Shown here: in pieces, positions 28,552 through 42,009 of the stretch
Numbering within the stretch: the first letter of the stretch is position 1
How the letters are laid out: each line of letters opens with the position of its first letter
From: the human T2T-CHM13v2.0 reference genome, Homo sapiens
Assembly: GCF_009914755.1 (NCBI RefSeq)
Contig: NC_060938.1
DNA: 64,000 bases
Strand: one strand, 5' to 3'
Made by a program: the position numbers and the translations under genes
The notes under the pieces: model-generated
What the model saw: only the letters and a program-made list of their open reading frames with translations
Database searches by the model: none
What the model was told of the DNA's origin: nothing

Positions 28552-31500
28552 CTTTTTTTATTGTAGTAAAATATATGTAACATAAAAACTACTATGTTTG
28601 CCATTTTTAAGTGAACAGTTGAGTGACATCAAGTGCATTCACATTGTTGTACAACCATCACCATCCTCCATTTCCACCGTCCATCTCTACTGTCCATTAC
28701 CACCATTTATCCCCACCCTCCATCACCACCCACCATCTCCACCCTCCATCTCCACCGTCTATCACCACCCTCCATCACCACCTTCCATCTCCACCCTTCA
28801 TCCACCCTCCATCTCCATCTCCACCATCCATCACCACTCTCCATCACCACCCTCCATCACCACCCTCCATCTCCACCCTCCATCACCACCCACCATTTCC
28901 ACGCTCCATCTCCACCATCCATCACCACCGTCCATCACCACCCTCCATTTCCACTGTCCATTACCACCATTTATCTCCACCCTGTATCACCACTCACCAT
29001 CTCCACCCTCCATCCACCCTCCATCTCCATCTTCCATTTCCACCGTCCATCGCCACCATTCATCTCCACCTTCTATCACCACTCACCATCTCCACCCTCC
29101 ATCACCCACCATTTCCACCCTCCATCTCCACCATCCATCACAACCATTCATCTCTGCTGTCCATCACCACCCTCCATTTCCACCCTGCATCTCCACCCTC
29201 CATTTCCACCCTGCATCTCCACCCTCCATCACCACCCTCCATCTCCACCCTCCATCACCACCCTCCATCGCCACCCTCCATCACCAACCTCCATCGCCAC
29301 CCTCCATCACCACCCTGCATCTCCACCCTCCATCACCACCCTCCATCTCCACCCTCCATCACCACCTTCCATCTCCACCCTTCGTCCACCCTCCATCTCC
29401 ACCGTCCATCACCACCATTCATCTCCACCCTTCATCCACCCTCCATCTCCATCCTCCATCACCACCCACCATTTCCACCCTCCATCTCCACCATCCATCA
29501 CAACCATTCATCTCTGCTATCCATCACCACCCTCCATTTCCACCCTGCATCTCCACCCTCCATCACCACCTTCCATCTCCATCCTCCATCTCCACCGTCC
29601 ATCGCCACCATTCATCTCCACCATCCATCACCACCCTCCATCACCACCTTCCATCTCCACCCTTCATCCACCCTCCATCTCCATCCTCCATCTCCACCAT
29701 CCATCACCACCATTCATCTCCACCCTCCATCACCACCCTCCATCTCCACCCTCCATCTCCATCCTCCATCACCACCCACCATTTCCACGCTCCATCTCCA
29801 CCATCCATCACCACCATTCATCTCCGCTGTCCATCTCCACCATCCATCACTACCATCCATCACCACTCTCCATTTCGACTGTCCATCTCCACTGTCCATT
29901 ACCACCATTTATCTCCACCCTCCATCACCACTCACCATCTCCACCCTCCATCCACCCTCCATCTCCATCCTCCATCACCACCATCCATCACCACCCTCCA
30001 TCACTATCTTCCATCTCCACCCTTCATCCACCCTCCATCTCCATCCTCCATCTCCATCGTCCATCACCACCATTCATCTCCACCATCCATCACCACTCTC
30101 CATCACCACCCTCCATCTCCATCCTCCATCACCACCCACCATTTCCATGCTCCATCTCCACCATCCATCACTACCATTCATCTCCGCTGTCCATCACCAC
30201 CCTCCATTTCCACCCTGCATCTCCACCCTCCATTTCCGCTGTCCATCTCCACTGTCCATTACCACCATTTATCTCCACCCTCTATCACCACTCACCATCT
30301 CCACCCTCCATCTCCATCCTCCATCACCACCCACCATTTCCACCCTCCATCTCCACCATCCATCACAACCATTCATCTCTACTGTCCATCACCACCCTCC
30401 ATTTCCACCCTGCATCTCCACCCTCCATCTCCACCCTTCATCACCACCATTTATCTCCACCATCCATCACCACCCTCCATCATCACCCACCATCTCCACC
30501 CTCCATCACCACCCTCTATCACCACCATCTATCTCCACCCTCCATCCACCCTCCATCTCCATCCTCCATCACCACCAACTATTTTTACCCTCCATCTCCA
30601 CCATCCATCACCACCCTCCATCTCCACCCCCCATCACCACCCTCCATCACCAACCTCCTTCACCACCCACCATCTCCACCCTCCATCTCCACTGTCCATC
30701 ACTACCCTCCACCCTCCATCACCACCCTCCATCTCCACCCTCCATCACCGCCATCCATCACCACCCTCCATCTCCACCCTTCAACTCCACTATCCATGTC
30801 CACCATCCATCACCACCCTCTATCTCCACTGTCCATGTCCACCATCCATCACCACCCTCTATCTCCACTGTCCATCACCACCCTCTATCTCCAGCGTCCA
30901 TGTCCACTGTCCATCACCACCTTCTATCTCCACTGTCCATCACCACCTTCTATCTCCACTGTCCATCACCACTCTCTATCTCCACTGTCCATGTCCACTG
31001 TACATCACTACCCTCCATCTCCACTGTCCACGTCCACCGTCCATCACTACCCTCCACCTCCACTGCCCATGTCCACCATCCATCACTACCCTCTGTCTCC
31101 ACTGTCCATGTCCACCGTCCGTCACTACCCTCTGTCTCCACTGTCCATGTCCACCATCCATCACTACCCTCCGTCTCCACTGTCCATGTCCACCGTCCAT
31201 CACTACCCTCTATCTCCACCGTCCATCACCACCCTCTGTCTCCACTGTCCATGTCCACCATCCATCACCACCCTCTATCTCCACTGTCCATGTCCACCGT
31301 CCATCACCACCCTCTATCTCCACTGTCCATGTCCACCGTCCATCACCACCCTCTATCTCCACTATCCATGTCCACCGTCTATCACTACCCTCTATCTCCA
31401 CTGTCCATGTCCACTGTCCATCACCACCCTCTATCTCCACTGTCCATGTCCACCGCCCATCACCACCCTCTATCTCCACTGTCCATCACCACCCTCTATC

Positions 31501-32940
31501 TCCAGGGTCCATCACCACCCTCTGTCTCCACTGTCCATGTCCACTGTTCATCACCCCCGGTCTCCACTGTCCATGTCCACCGTCCATCACCACCCTGTAT
31601 CTCCACTGTCCATGTCCATTGTCCATCACCCCCTCTGTCTCCACTGTCCATGTCCACTGTCCATCACCACCCTCTATCTCCACCGTCCATCACCACCCTC
31701 TATCTCCACTGACCATCACCACCCTCTATCTCCACTGTCCATCACCACCCTCTATCTCCACTGTCCGTGTCCACCGTCCATCACCACCCTCTATCTCCAC
31801 CGTCTGTGTCCACCGTCCATCACCACCCTCTGTCCCCACCGTCCATGTCCACTGTCCATGTCCACCGTCTATCACCACCCTCTATCTCCACTGTCCATGT
31901 CCACCATCCATCACCACCCTCTATCTCCACTGTCCATGTCCACTGTCCATCACTACCCTCTATCTCCACTGTTCATCACCACCCTCTATCTCCACTGTCC
32001 ATCACCACCCTCTATCTCCACTGTCCATCACCACCCTCTATCTCCACTGTCCATCACCACCCTTTATCTCCACTGTCCATGTCCACTGTCCATCACCACC
32101 CTCTATCTCCACTGTCCATCACTACCCTCTGTCTCCACTATCCATGTCCACTGTCCATCACCACCCTCTATCTCCACTGTCCATCACCACCCTCTATCTC
32201 CACTGTCCATGTCCACTGTCCATCACCACCCTCTATCTCCACTGTCCATCACCACCCTCTATCTCCACTGTCCATCACCGCCCTCTATCTCCACCATCCA
32301 TCACTACTCTCTATCTTCACTGTCCATGTCCACCAGCCATCACCACCCTCTATCTCCACTGTCCACGTCCGCTGTCCACATCCAATATCCATTTATACCA
32401 TCCATCACCACCATCCATGTCCATTGCCCATCTCCAATGTCCATCATCACCACCCATCACCACCATCCATCTCCAGAACTTTTACCTCTTCCCAAATTTC
32501 AAGTCTGTATTCATTAAACAGTCACTCCCCATGCTCCTCCTGTCAGCTACTATCTCTATGAAAGTGACTACTCTAGGGACCTCACATAAGTGGGATTGTA
32601 TGGTACGTGTTCTTCTGTGACTGGCTTATTTAACTCAGCATAGGATCCTCAGGGTCCATCCAAGTTGCAGCCAGTACTGGAATTTCTTTCCTTTTTAAGA
32701 CTGAATACTATTCCATTTTGTGTGTGTGTATCTCAGTGCAGCAGGGCTCTGATACCCCCGCTCCTCACCAAGACTGGTTTGCCAGGACTGCATCTGCCCA
32801 GTCCCAGCGGGTGGGAGGTGGGATCTCACTGTGGTTTTGCTTTGCATTTCCTGGAGGATGCTGGACATTTCCCATGTACTTGTTGACCAGTGTGTGTCTT
32901 CTATGGAGACGTGTCTATTCATTCTCCTGGCACCTTTAGT
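28552..32940 (-). mobile_element. L1MB-like 3' end split by an internal tandem-repeat expansion (arms 28552-28660 and 32460-32940)
   Basis: ...ttcacattgttgtacaaccatcacc | repeat | caccatccatctccagaacttt...cccaaa...cattaaaca...gggacctcacataagtggga...gactggcttattt.actcagcata. Confidence 0.8.
28655..32475 (+). repeat. 3.8 kb C-rich tandem repeat built from CCATCACCACCCT / CCATCTCCACCCT / CCATGTCCACTGT 12-13-mers
   Basis: Directly visible; unit composition changes at ~30780. Confidence 0.97.
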
Positions 32941-33959
32941 TTCCTAAGGGCTTTGGAATCATCATGGAGCTACTTTTACTGGGGATCATTCAATATATGG
33001 ATCAATTTGGGGGCATTGGGGACTCACTCCTTCTTGGTTTTCCTTTCCTGGTCTCCTCTGTGGGTTCCTGGCTTGGTTTGAGTTGTCCTCTCTACCCCTC
33101 CAATTCCCTACCCCCACTCTGTGGCTCCAAGCATTGCCCACACTTGCCCCCCGGCTCGGTCCTGGGCTCCCAAATGCCACGGGACGACTGGCCCAAGTGT
33201 GCTCAGGTCTCTCCACCTCTCAACTGCCGACCTCCACAGCTGCAGCTGCTCTCCTGGCCTAGCTTCCCAGCCAAGTGACAGCCACGCGCACTGACCAGTG
33301 CAGGCAGAGCACTGGGCACCAGGCTTGCCTCCCCCTCCCTGTCGAGAAAGTCAAGCGTCCTGGCAAAAGAAAGAAAAGCACAAATAGAGAAAATGACTTT
33401 TGTGAAGGGTCATTTACCAAGGTGTGAACAAGGAGCAGGCCAAGCCAAGAAGGTAGAGAAGCCCTGGGTAGGGCAGGAAAGGATGGGCAGGGCTGGGGCC
33501 TCTGAGGGACACGTCTGGCTCCAGCTGGGAGGAAGCCTGGGAAATTCCTAAGCTCACCTGGAAGCAGGTGTGGTGGGGCCGGAGGGGCAGACCCAGAACA
33601 ACCAGTCCCTCCCTGCCACCTACCCACCCACACAATTGGGCAGCCAGTTCGTGCCCACTCTTCCTCCCAAATTTCCTTCTCTCTCCTTCCTCTGCTTCCA
33701 CCCCCCCCCCCCCCCGCCCTCCAGCCCAGGGCCTGTGGTTGGATGCCTGGTTGCTCCCTCCAGGCATGTTTTGCCATCCACTGACTTTGACACCCGGAGC
33801 TCTCTCTTTCAAACCCTCATCGGAGCAGATCTCAGCCAGCATCAACTCACATTATCCTTGGGAAGAAATACAGGCACCCGGATCACCTGGCTGCAGGTCC
33901 CTCCCCTGGCCTCCCTCCTCCCCAACCTTGCAATCCAAGCTCCTGCCGGAGGGTCTTTC

Positions 33960-36230
33960 CTGGGAGCCAGCCCGGAGTGCTCACTGCCCTGCTCTCTCCC
34001 TAGGCAAGTGAGTTCCCACCAGGTGCTTGGGGTGGGGCTCCCGCCATACTCAAGGGCGCCTCTTGACTCCCTCTGAACTCGCAATCCCGCCCCAGGGTCC
34101 GGCACAAGGGCTCTGCTGGGGCTGAGATCCGTGAAGGCAGATGCGGAGAGGCGCCGCTGGATTGCGAGCAGGCCCAGGTGCGGGGCCAGGTGGGCGTTGT
34201 CGCAGCCGGGAACGCCCAGCCGCTCCAGCTGCCCACAGGACAAAGCCCAGGGTTCCCCGGCCGGGCGCACGCCTTCCACATTCTCCCTCACCTCCACGCC
34301 TTCGCTCACTGCGTTCCCCAACACCTGGAATGCAGCAATGCCCTTCGGGCACGCTGCCCCGCCCCCACGTTGATCCCGTCCCCTAGCTTGGCTCCAGGGA
34401 CACCGGATACGCCTATTGTAGCACCCGGCAAGGAGCGAGCAGTCCGCGGGAACTTACCCAGGAACCCCGAGCGCCTCCGTAGTTCCCAACCCCACCCCCA
34501 CCCCTCGGCCAGGTCAGGTCCACTGTGGGCGTCCAGGTAAGACGGCGTCGATGCCCACCACCATCGCCCCCAGCTCAGCCCAGAGCGCCCGGGGTCAGAG
34601 GTGGAGATGTCGGACATACGCCCAGTCTGGCCAGGCTCGGGAGGGAAAATCTGGGAGCGGCCTCTGGAACTCACCCTGACTCCTTCACCGTCCGCTCCTC
34701 TTTTTGGCTTCCGGGGCCAAAGGTTGGGGACTCGAGGCGCGGCTGGAGCCTACAGCTCCTGGAGCGTAGTTAAGCGTTAACCCGCTGGCCCTGGGCCAGG
34801 GCGCGGGGCTGCTGTGCGCACCCGGTTCCGCCCGTCGAGCTGGGGCCGGACCGGGAGGCGAAGCGGGGGGCGCTGCCGAGACGGGAGGGCATGGGGTCTG
34901 CGCCGGGTGCGAGATGAGCCGGGGAGGCCAGCGGGGCCTGGGCGGTGGGGGAAGGTGGGCCTGGGGCAGGGGCGGGATGGCGGCTCGCCAAGCCTCTGCC
35001 GACCGGACCACGCGCGGGGCTACCGGGGCGGGCTCACCTGGCGGCCGCGGACCCGCCCTAACCTGGTTTCCGGCGGGGCGGCGCGGGGTGCGGCGCGGCC
35101 GGGCGGGGGCGGGGCGGGCGGGGGCGTGCCCGGGGCGGGGCGTTCCGGGGGCGGGGCTGAGCCTCCCGCAGACGTCAGGGACCCGCGCGCGAGGCCGCCG
35201 GCGGCCGCTCTGCCGTGGGCTCGGCCCGGGCTGCCACGAGCGTGCGGGCCTCGCCGGGCATGTCCTAGGCGGCGGCCCCGCCCAGCGCTCGGCCGGGCGG
35301 GCGGGCGGGCGCGAGGGCAGGGACCGAGCCGGGCCGAGCTGGGGAACAAGCCGGGGACCAAGCCGGGGACCAAGCCGGGGACTAAGGCGAGCCGGAGACC
35401 GAGCCCGAACAGCAGGTAGGACGCGCCGGCCCAGCGCTGGCCGCGGCCCGGGCCTCCCATCGCCCGCACCTGCACGGCTGTGGGGTCTCACGGGGCGCGG
35501 GGTCCCGGCCGAGGCCGGACAAAGGCGCGGGGGTTGGGGGCCGCCCGGCGCACCTGGTCAGGCGGATCCCCGCCGCCGCGGAGGCGGCCCTGGTCTGCGC
35601 CAGGCCGGGAGGAGCCGCCCCGTTTCTACGCGGCCTGCGGAGGGGGCGGCAAGCCTGGGCACCCGGGTCCCCGCCCCGGCACCGGCTCGGCCATGGCCGC
35701 CCCCGGAGAGCGCTGATTCAGAAGGCGCCGCTCCCTCCCCCGCCGGGCCCGGCCGCCTCCCTCCTGGCCTGGTCTCTCCTCCCGCGGTCCCTCCCTCCGT
35801 CTTCCTCCTCCTCCCCTCTCTCCTCATTTCCCTTCGCCGCCGTCTCCCCGCTGTCCCTGCCTCTCCCGGCCTGTGCGCTCCTTCCACCGCCGGCCTGCCC
35901 CGCCCGGCTCGCTGCCCTTCCCTGCCCTGGGCCTAGCCACCTTTCCCCGCCTCACCTCTGACTGTGGCCCTTCCGGCCGGGGCGGCTGAGGGGACAAGTT
36001 TGGGGCGTTTATTATTCTTCCTCCTAGCAACGATGGCCAGCCCAGCCCCGAGGCAGCCGAAGGCCGTTTTGGAGCGTCGCGGGCTCCCAGGCCTTTTCAG
36101 GGTGGGCGGCCGGGGCAGTGGGTGGCCTGGCTCTGGCACAGCGGCACCACCAGGCTCTGGGGCTCGGCTTCATTTCGCCTTAAACAGGGACCGTGGACTC
36201 CTCAGGGCGGGCCGCGGCAGGTGATGGCAG
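33960..36230. promoter_or_regulatory. CEP170B: CEP170B CpG-island promoter
   Basis: Very high GC/CpG density; clustered GGGGCGGGG boxes at 35075-35157; CRE-like GACGTCA at 35171; no TATA box seen. Confidence 0.9.
35170..35415 (+). other. CEP170B: CEP170B exon 1 (non-coding; start approximate)
   Basis: Follows the GC boxes; donor CAG|GTAGGA at 35416. Confidence 0.75.
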
Positions 36231-38307
36231 AGGGTGAGGCCTAGGAGGGCTGGCTGGGGGCCGGAGGTGCAATGGTGGGGTAGGCCCTGCCCGATAGAGC
36301 ACCCTGTGGTCTCCCCCAGCAGCCCTAGGGAGGGTGGGGCTGTAGAGGCCTCCTGGAGGCTTTGCTGTCTGGGGCTGCAGGGTCATCGAAGTGCCAGCCC
36401 CTTGGCCTCCAGTGCCTGCCTGTCTGGCTGGAGCTGGGTGCGTGGCTTAGGAAGGGCAGGGCCCCCAGAGTGAGAGGGTCCTGGCTGCCTGGAGCTGCCT
36501 TCTCCTGGTGAGGATTTTTCTACATCTTCCCACCTCCCTGCCCAAGGTGAGGGTTTACCATGGGGCACGTGGTCACTTGGGCATTCATGCTAGCTGGAGC
36601 TGGGTGTTGGTTTTCCCTGCTGCTCACCGAAGGGAGCTGAGATCTGGTGAAGAGCCTCAAAGCTGAAGACCTTGGGCGTGGGCACTGGGCAAAGTAGGGA
36701 CAAGGAGCCACTCACTCCTCTGCCTGGCACCCTCATGTGGTGTGGCCCTGCCCTCAGGATGCACTCAGCCCGGCAGCCTCCCCTTCTCCTCTGCTCCACT
36801 GGGCCTCAGCTGCTGTCATCCCTGTCCTGGGTTATTGTCCTCACTTCTTGACTGGCCTCCTGAGTCACAGCCCCATGTCCACTCAGGAGCTCTGGGGCCG
36901 GCCTCACAGGTATGTGACTTGGAGACCCCCACAGAGCCCTTGCTTGGACCCCGCATGTGGCATCTTGCTCAGCTCTCCTTCTCAGTTTTTGAATAAGGGT
37001 ACCGCGTTTTCTTTTTGTGCTGGGCCCTGCAGTGATGGAGCCAGTGCTGGGCCCTTTAGGGACTTCATCCCCTTCCAGGACTAGCCACAGGACTCCCAGG
37101 GGTATGTGAGGCCCTCCATCCCTCTGCCCTGTCCCTCTGCCCTGGTGGCACCAGCTGTTCCCTCTGCCTGGAATGCAGTCCCACAAGCGTTCATGGGCTC
37201 ACTTCCACCCCTGTCCTGCTGAGCCTGGAGGCTGCCTCCCAGTGAGCCCCCATCCCCGCCCTGCCTCTGTGTTCCCTGTATCCCTCTTTGCACCTTCTCA
37301 TAAGCCGTTTCTGTTCTCTGTGCCTGCCCCCTGCTGAAGGGAGCCCCAGGATTCTGAGACTCTGTGTCTTGGTCACAGCTGGCTTAGCCCAGGCCGCCTA
37401 GCCCATAGCAGCACTCAGGATGTGCTGGGCAGTGGGGTGGAGTGCCCAGGACATGTGTGCTGGCATGCTCCGGGCTTGCAGGGTGCATGCTGGCTGGGTA
37501 TAGGGCTGCCCAGGGTTGGGTCTTGGGGTGACATCAGCCCTGGCCATTACTCAGGCTGTCCCCGTTACCTCCCAGGCTGCCACGGGGCTCCCTGCCTGTC
37601 TACACCAGCCCCTCAGACCACCCCCTCTTTGTTGATGTCACTGGGACTATGGGCACCAAAGCCTCACTTCCCTCTTGGGCACTGAAGGGGCTGCCTGATG
37701 CTGTCCTTGCACCATGCCCACCAAAGGACATTTGGCCTCCTCTCGGTGGTGGACATATTGCTGACTCAGGGCCCCTGTCTCCAGCTCTGTCCCTGCTGCC
37801 CCTCACCCCAGGCCCTGCCTGGGGCTCAGTCTCAGAGTGTCCTGCTGGGGGGAGTGGGTCCTCTTGTTCAGTGTATGTCTTGGGGTGGGTCTGGTGCTGT
37901 GGACCTGGCATCATGGGGACCCTGATGGGCTATGCTGGGTCCTACCCATGAGCTGCTCCTGATGGGTCACGTGGATGTGGGGTCACTTACAGGCAGTGCA
38001 GCCAGTGTCCCCATGAACTTCAACCCCTGACACCTGGAAGATAGAGGAGATGAGGTGTGCTGGGGCCTGGAGGATAAGGGAGAACCAGGCAGCCTTTGCC
38101 AGGGATGGACGTGATGGGAAAGGCCGGTCACGAGGGCAAAGGCCTGGCAGTGGGACTCGGGACCATACCCAGGGAGGGCGGGTGGCCTGATGAGGCTGGA
38201 GCCCAGCTTCTCCGGAAGCTGCCAGCTTCCCTTAGAGGGTCAGGATCTGGGCTGGGCCTTGGATGTGTCCAGGGGGCTAAGAACCAGGCCAGGGAGCCCC
38301 ACTCTAA

Positions 38308-38487
<180 letters not shown>

Positions 38488-39460
38488 TAGGGGGTAGACA
38501 GTCTGTCCCTGTGGAGGCCAGGAAGGTGCCCACCCCACTTGCTGCAGGCCACCCTGGCGAGGAGGCCGCCATGCAGCCCAGGCTGGGCCTCTTAACTTGG
38601 GTCCCGGATGCACCGAGGGCTCTGGGGCTCCCGTGGGTGCGTGCAGGGGTGTGTGTGTGCTCACAGGCTCGGGTCCCTGCCCCGTACGTATCCCTGTCTC
38701 TGACAGGAGGGGGCTTAGGCTTTTGTCAGGTTCTCAAAGTTGTTGGGGTCCCTAGAAGCGTGAGTTGGCGTCCTTTTGCAGAGAGGGAGCTGAGGCTGGG
38801 CTTTGGAAGGTCCTGGAAAGCCGGTCTGTCCATATTCTTGTTGTCTGGGGGCCCCGTCTATGCTGTGAGTGCTGCCTGAGCGGGGGTCCCAGTATCTTGG
38901 TCCCAGCTGCACCCTGGTGAAGGCTAGTGCCTTTTGGCGGCCTCCAGGCATGAGGGGTTCTTCTCAGGGCATGAGAGCCTGCCGAGCACCGGCACTGACA
39001 ATCGGAAGTTTCTCTGGCCCTGGTTTGAGGTCTGAGTTTGGCTTTGTGGGGCTTGCGATCTGGCTGTTTGAGAACAAAGAGCAGGGGTGGTGAGCTAACC
39101 CCATAGGCCCATCCTGGCCTGATGTCCTTCCTCTACCCCGTGTGCCTGTGAACGAGTTGGGCTCCCTGTCCTGGCTCATCCCCCAGCGTGGCACGTGGGC
39201 CCCTGACCCAGGTGGATGGCACTGTCCAGTCTAGCCGAGGGGCCTGCAGGTGCAGGGAGCTGCCCTGCCCACTCAGACGTTGCCTCCTGGATGCAACGTG
39301 CTACTGCCGCACATGCCCGGGCCATGCCAGGCTCTGACGAGGTGGGCAGGCCTCAGGCTGTGGTGAGGGGTCCTGGCCATGTGCACATTCCCTGGGGCAG
39401 ACAGTGTTTGTCTGCCTCTACCCAGGGCAGCCCCACCCGATATTGCTGCATGTGTCCTGC

Positions 39461-39812
39461 TGTGGCGGGAAGGTTTGTGTCCCCTGCAATTCGGAGGTTG
39501 AAGCTTCATTTCCAGCGTGGTAGCTTCAAGAGATGGGGCCTTTGGGAGGTGAGCAGGGCGTGAGGCTTTGCCCTTGGGAATGGGATCAGGGACCTTAAAA
39601 AGAGGCCAGAGGAAGCTGGCTCACCCCTTCTGCCCAGTGGGGACGCAGCATTCAAGATACCATCCTTGAAGCAGAGACAGGGCCCTCTCCAGACACCAAA
39701 TTGGCCGGCGCCTAGATCTCGGGCTTCCAGCCTCCAGAACCGTGAGCAATACATTTGTGCCATTTCCACATTACTCAGGAATTTTGTTACAGCAGCTGGG
39801 ATGGACTAAGTC
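39461..39812 (+). mobile_element. MaLR solo LTR (MLT1A-like), intron 2
   Basis: tttgtgtcccc...ggggcctttgggaggtga...ccctctccagacaccaaa...ttccagcctccagaaccgtgagcaatacattt...ttttgttacagcagc. Confidence 0.8.
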
Positions 39813-39987
39813 CAGACATCCCAGCTTCTCCCCAGGCGTCCTCTGATCCTCTTGAGTCTGGACCCAGCAGGTCTCTCACCTTGTGGTTGGTTGTTCCGGC
39901 TCTGAAGTTCTTTAATCTGGAACATTCTCTCCCTTTTTTCTCTTTTCTTTATGCCTTTGGTAGCGGGAGAGAGTCGGTGGCTGGGGG

Positions 39988-40290
39988 CAGGAGTCGGCAA
40001 ATGTTTTCTACAAGGGCCTGGTAAAGATTTTAGGTTTTATGGACCACAAAGTATCCACTGCAGCCCAGGCCTGTGGCCGTGGTGAGGGGCAGCCAGGGAG
40101 CGAGCGTGGGCGACCGAGGTGGGCGCGGCAGCACCTGCACTTCATTTATGGATGTTGAAGTATCAATTTCCCATAATTTTCATGTGTCATGAAATAGCCT
40201 TTTGATGATTTTCAATCATTTAAAAGTGTAAAGATCATTCTTAGTTCTCAAGCCATCTAAAGACAGGCGGCAGGCCATAGGCCACGCCCC
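39988..40290. mobile_element. MER58-like hAT DNA transposon remnant
   Basis: cagg.gtcggcaaa..ttttct..aagggcc...catttaaaa.tgtaaa.a.cattcttag. Confidence 0.7.
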
Positions 40291-42009
40291 ACATACCCCA
40301 CTGCCTCATGGGGCCGCAGCTGTATTTGGCGGGTTGCTCCCATGGTCTGCGTACAGGGGTGGCATCAGTGATGGCCGCGCTGCTCTACCTAGGGTGGCTA
40401 GGAGGGCTTCTTGGAGGCGGCGGCACTTTGGAGCCTCTGGAAGAAGCCAGAGTCAGCCTGCAGGCAGGGGACTGGTGTGGGTGCTCTTCCTGCCCCACCC
40501 CTGCACCAGGCCTGCTCTGCCTGCTTCTCCCTGGGGTAGGGGAAAAGTGCTGGGGGCAGGGTGCTCAGGGTGAGTTTGGGGTCCGATTCCGAGTTTCTGC
40601 ACCTGTCAGTGGAGCCCTGAGCAGGTCGGGAGTGTTGGGGGCTTCCCAGCTCTCCTCAGTGGCCGCCCCTGGCCTGGGTGGGCCTGCATTTCTACCCCTC
40701 GCTGTTGTGGGTGGTGTCACCATTGTAAGATGTATCTCCATGGGGAAACTGAGGCTCAGGGAGGCCTTGCAGGTGTGGCGAGTGTGGGAAGGCTGTCTGC
40801 CTCCCGGTGCCCCTGCAGCGGCCTCCTACCTGCCCACCGCTGCCCCCTGCCGGCCTCTGTCACCCCTCACTCCCTGTGCACCTGCCCTAGAGGCTTCTCA
40901 CCCCCACCCTACAGCCCCATGTCCAGCCCCTTGGCCCCTCTGTTGCCCCCACCTGAGGATGTTTGCACCTGCCGCCCCTCCCTGCAGCAACTTCCTTGGC
41001 ACCTGCGCCAGGACCCCCGCCCTCTCAGCTCATGCTCAGGGGCCTCAGTGGCCCTTTCCGAACGCTGCTGCTTCCCCGAGGCCCTATCCACCTCTGCTCA
41101 GATGATCCACATGCTGCCTGGAGCCTGCTCTGTCCTCGGCTTCCAGCCTCCTACTGGATATGGCTGCTGCACTGGGGCCTCTCAGAGGCATCCCAAGCTC
41201 GGTGGCTGAACCAAACCTGTCACCCTCCGTCCCTTCCACCCGGGGTCCCCGCCAGGGTCCCCTTCCCTCTGCTCAGTGCCACCCCCACCCCCACCCCACG
41301 CACAGACAGGAATGCAGGCCTCCACTGGACCCAGCCTCTCCCCACACCTGCCCTGGCTCTCCGGACCCGGCTCACACCGACCTTCCTGCCCTGGAACCTC
41401 CACACCCTGTCCCAGCGCCCCCTCCACAGTCCTTGCTTTCGGCGCCACATCTTTCCACTGGGCAGGGTGTCAAGCAGAGACCCTGCCCTCCCTTGGCATC
41501 CACTGCAGAGAGGGGCCAGCAAGGTGTCCAGGGTCCAGTCCTGTGTAAAGAAGGTGGTACTGGGGACTGGGCGGTCAGCAGACACCTGCCTATGTTGTGC
41601 TGAGGCCCAAGGAGCCGCAGCAGCAGGAGTTGGGGCCGGTGAGGAGGGGGAGGCTGTGGGAGGACAGAGCTGAGCTGGGGCTACGGGGATGGGACATGGA
41701 GGGGAGACAAGCAGAGTGGGCGGCCCGAGGCCTGGGCTTTCACTAGGCAAGAGGGGCGGTAGCTTGGACCACAGCAGGTAGACGGGTAGGGGAGTTGTGT
41801 TCCAGGCAGAGCTGCCACCCACGTGCTGTCCCACGGACCACGCTGTCCAGGGCCCTGCCTCTGCTCCCCACAGTGTCCTTGTGCCCAGTGCAAGCCTGGC
41901 ACAGAGCTGGTGCCCAGCGAACAGGCGTTAAATGACGCAGGAACGTGGACCCAGGCAGGACTTCCTGCTGTGGCTGTCACTCCTGTGGTGGCCCAGGCTG
42001 TGGTCCAGG

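Noticed and set aside
28598-32620. ORFs of 1340, 1029 and 1294 aa in all three + frames (His/Pro/Ser-rich)
   Set aside because: The repeat units contain no TAA, TAG or TGA, so every frame stays open; no promoter, splice or domain support
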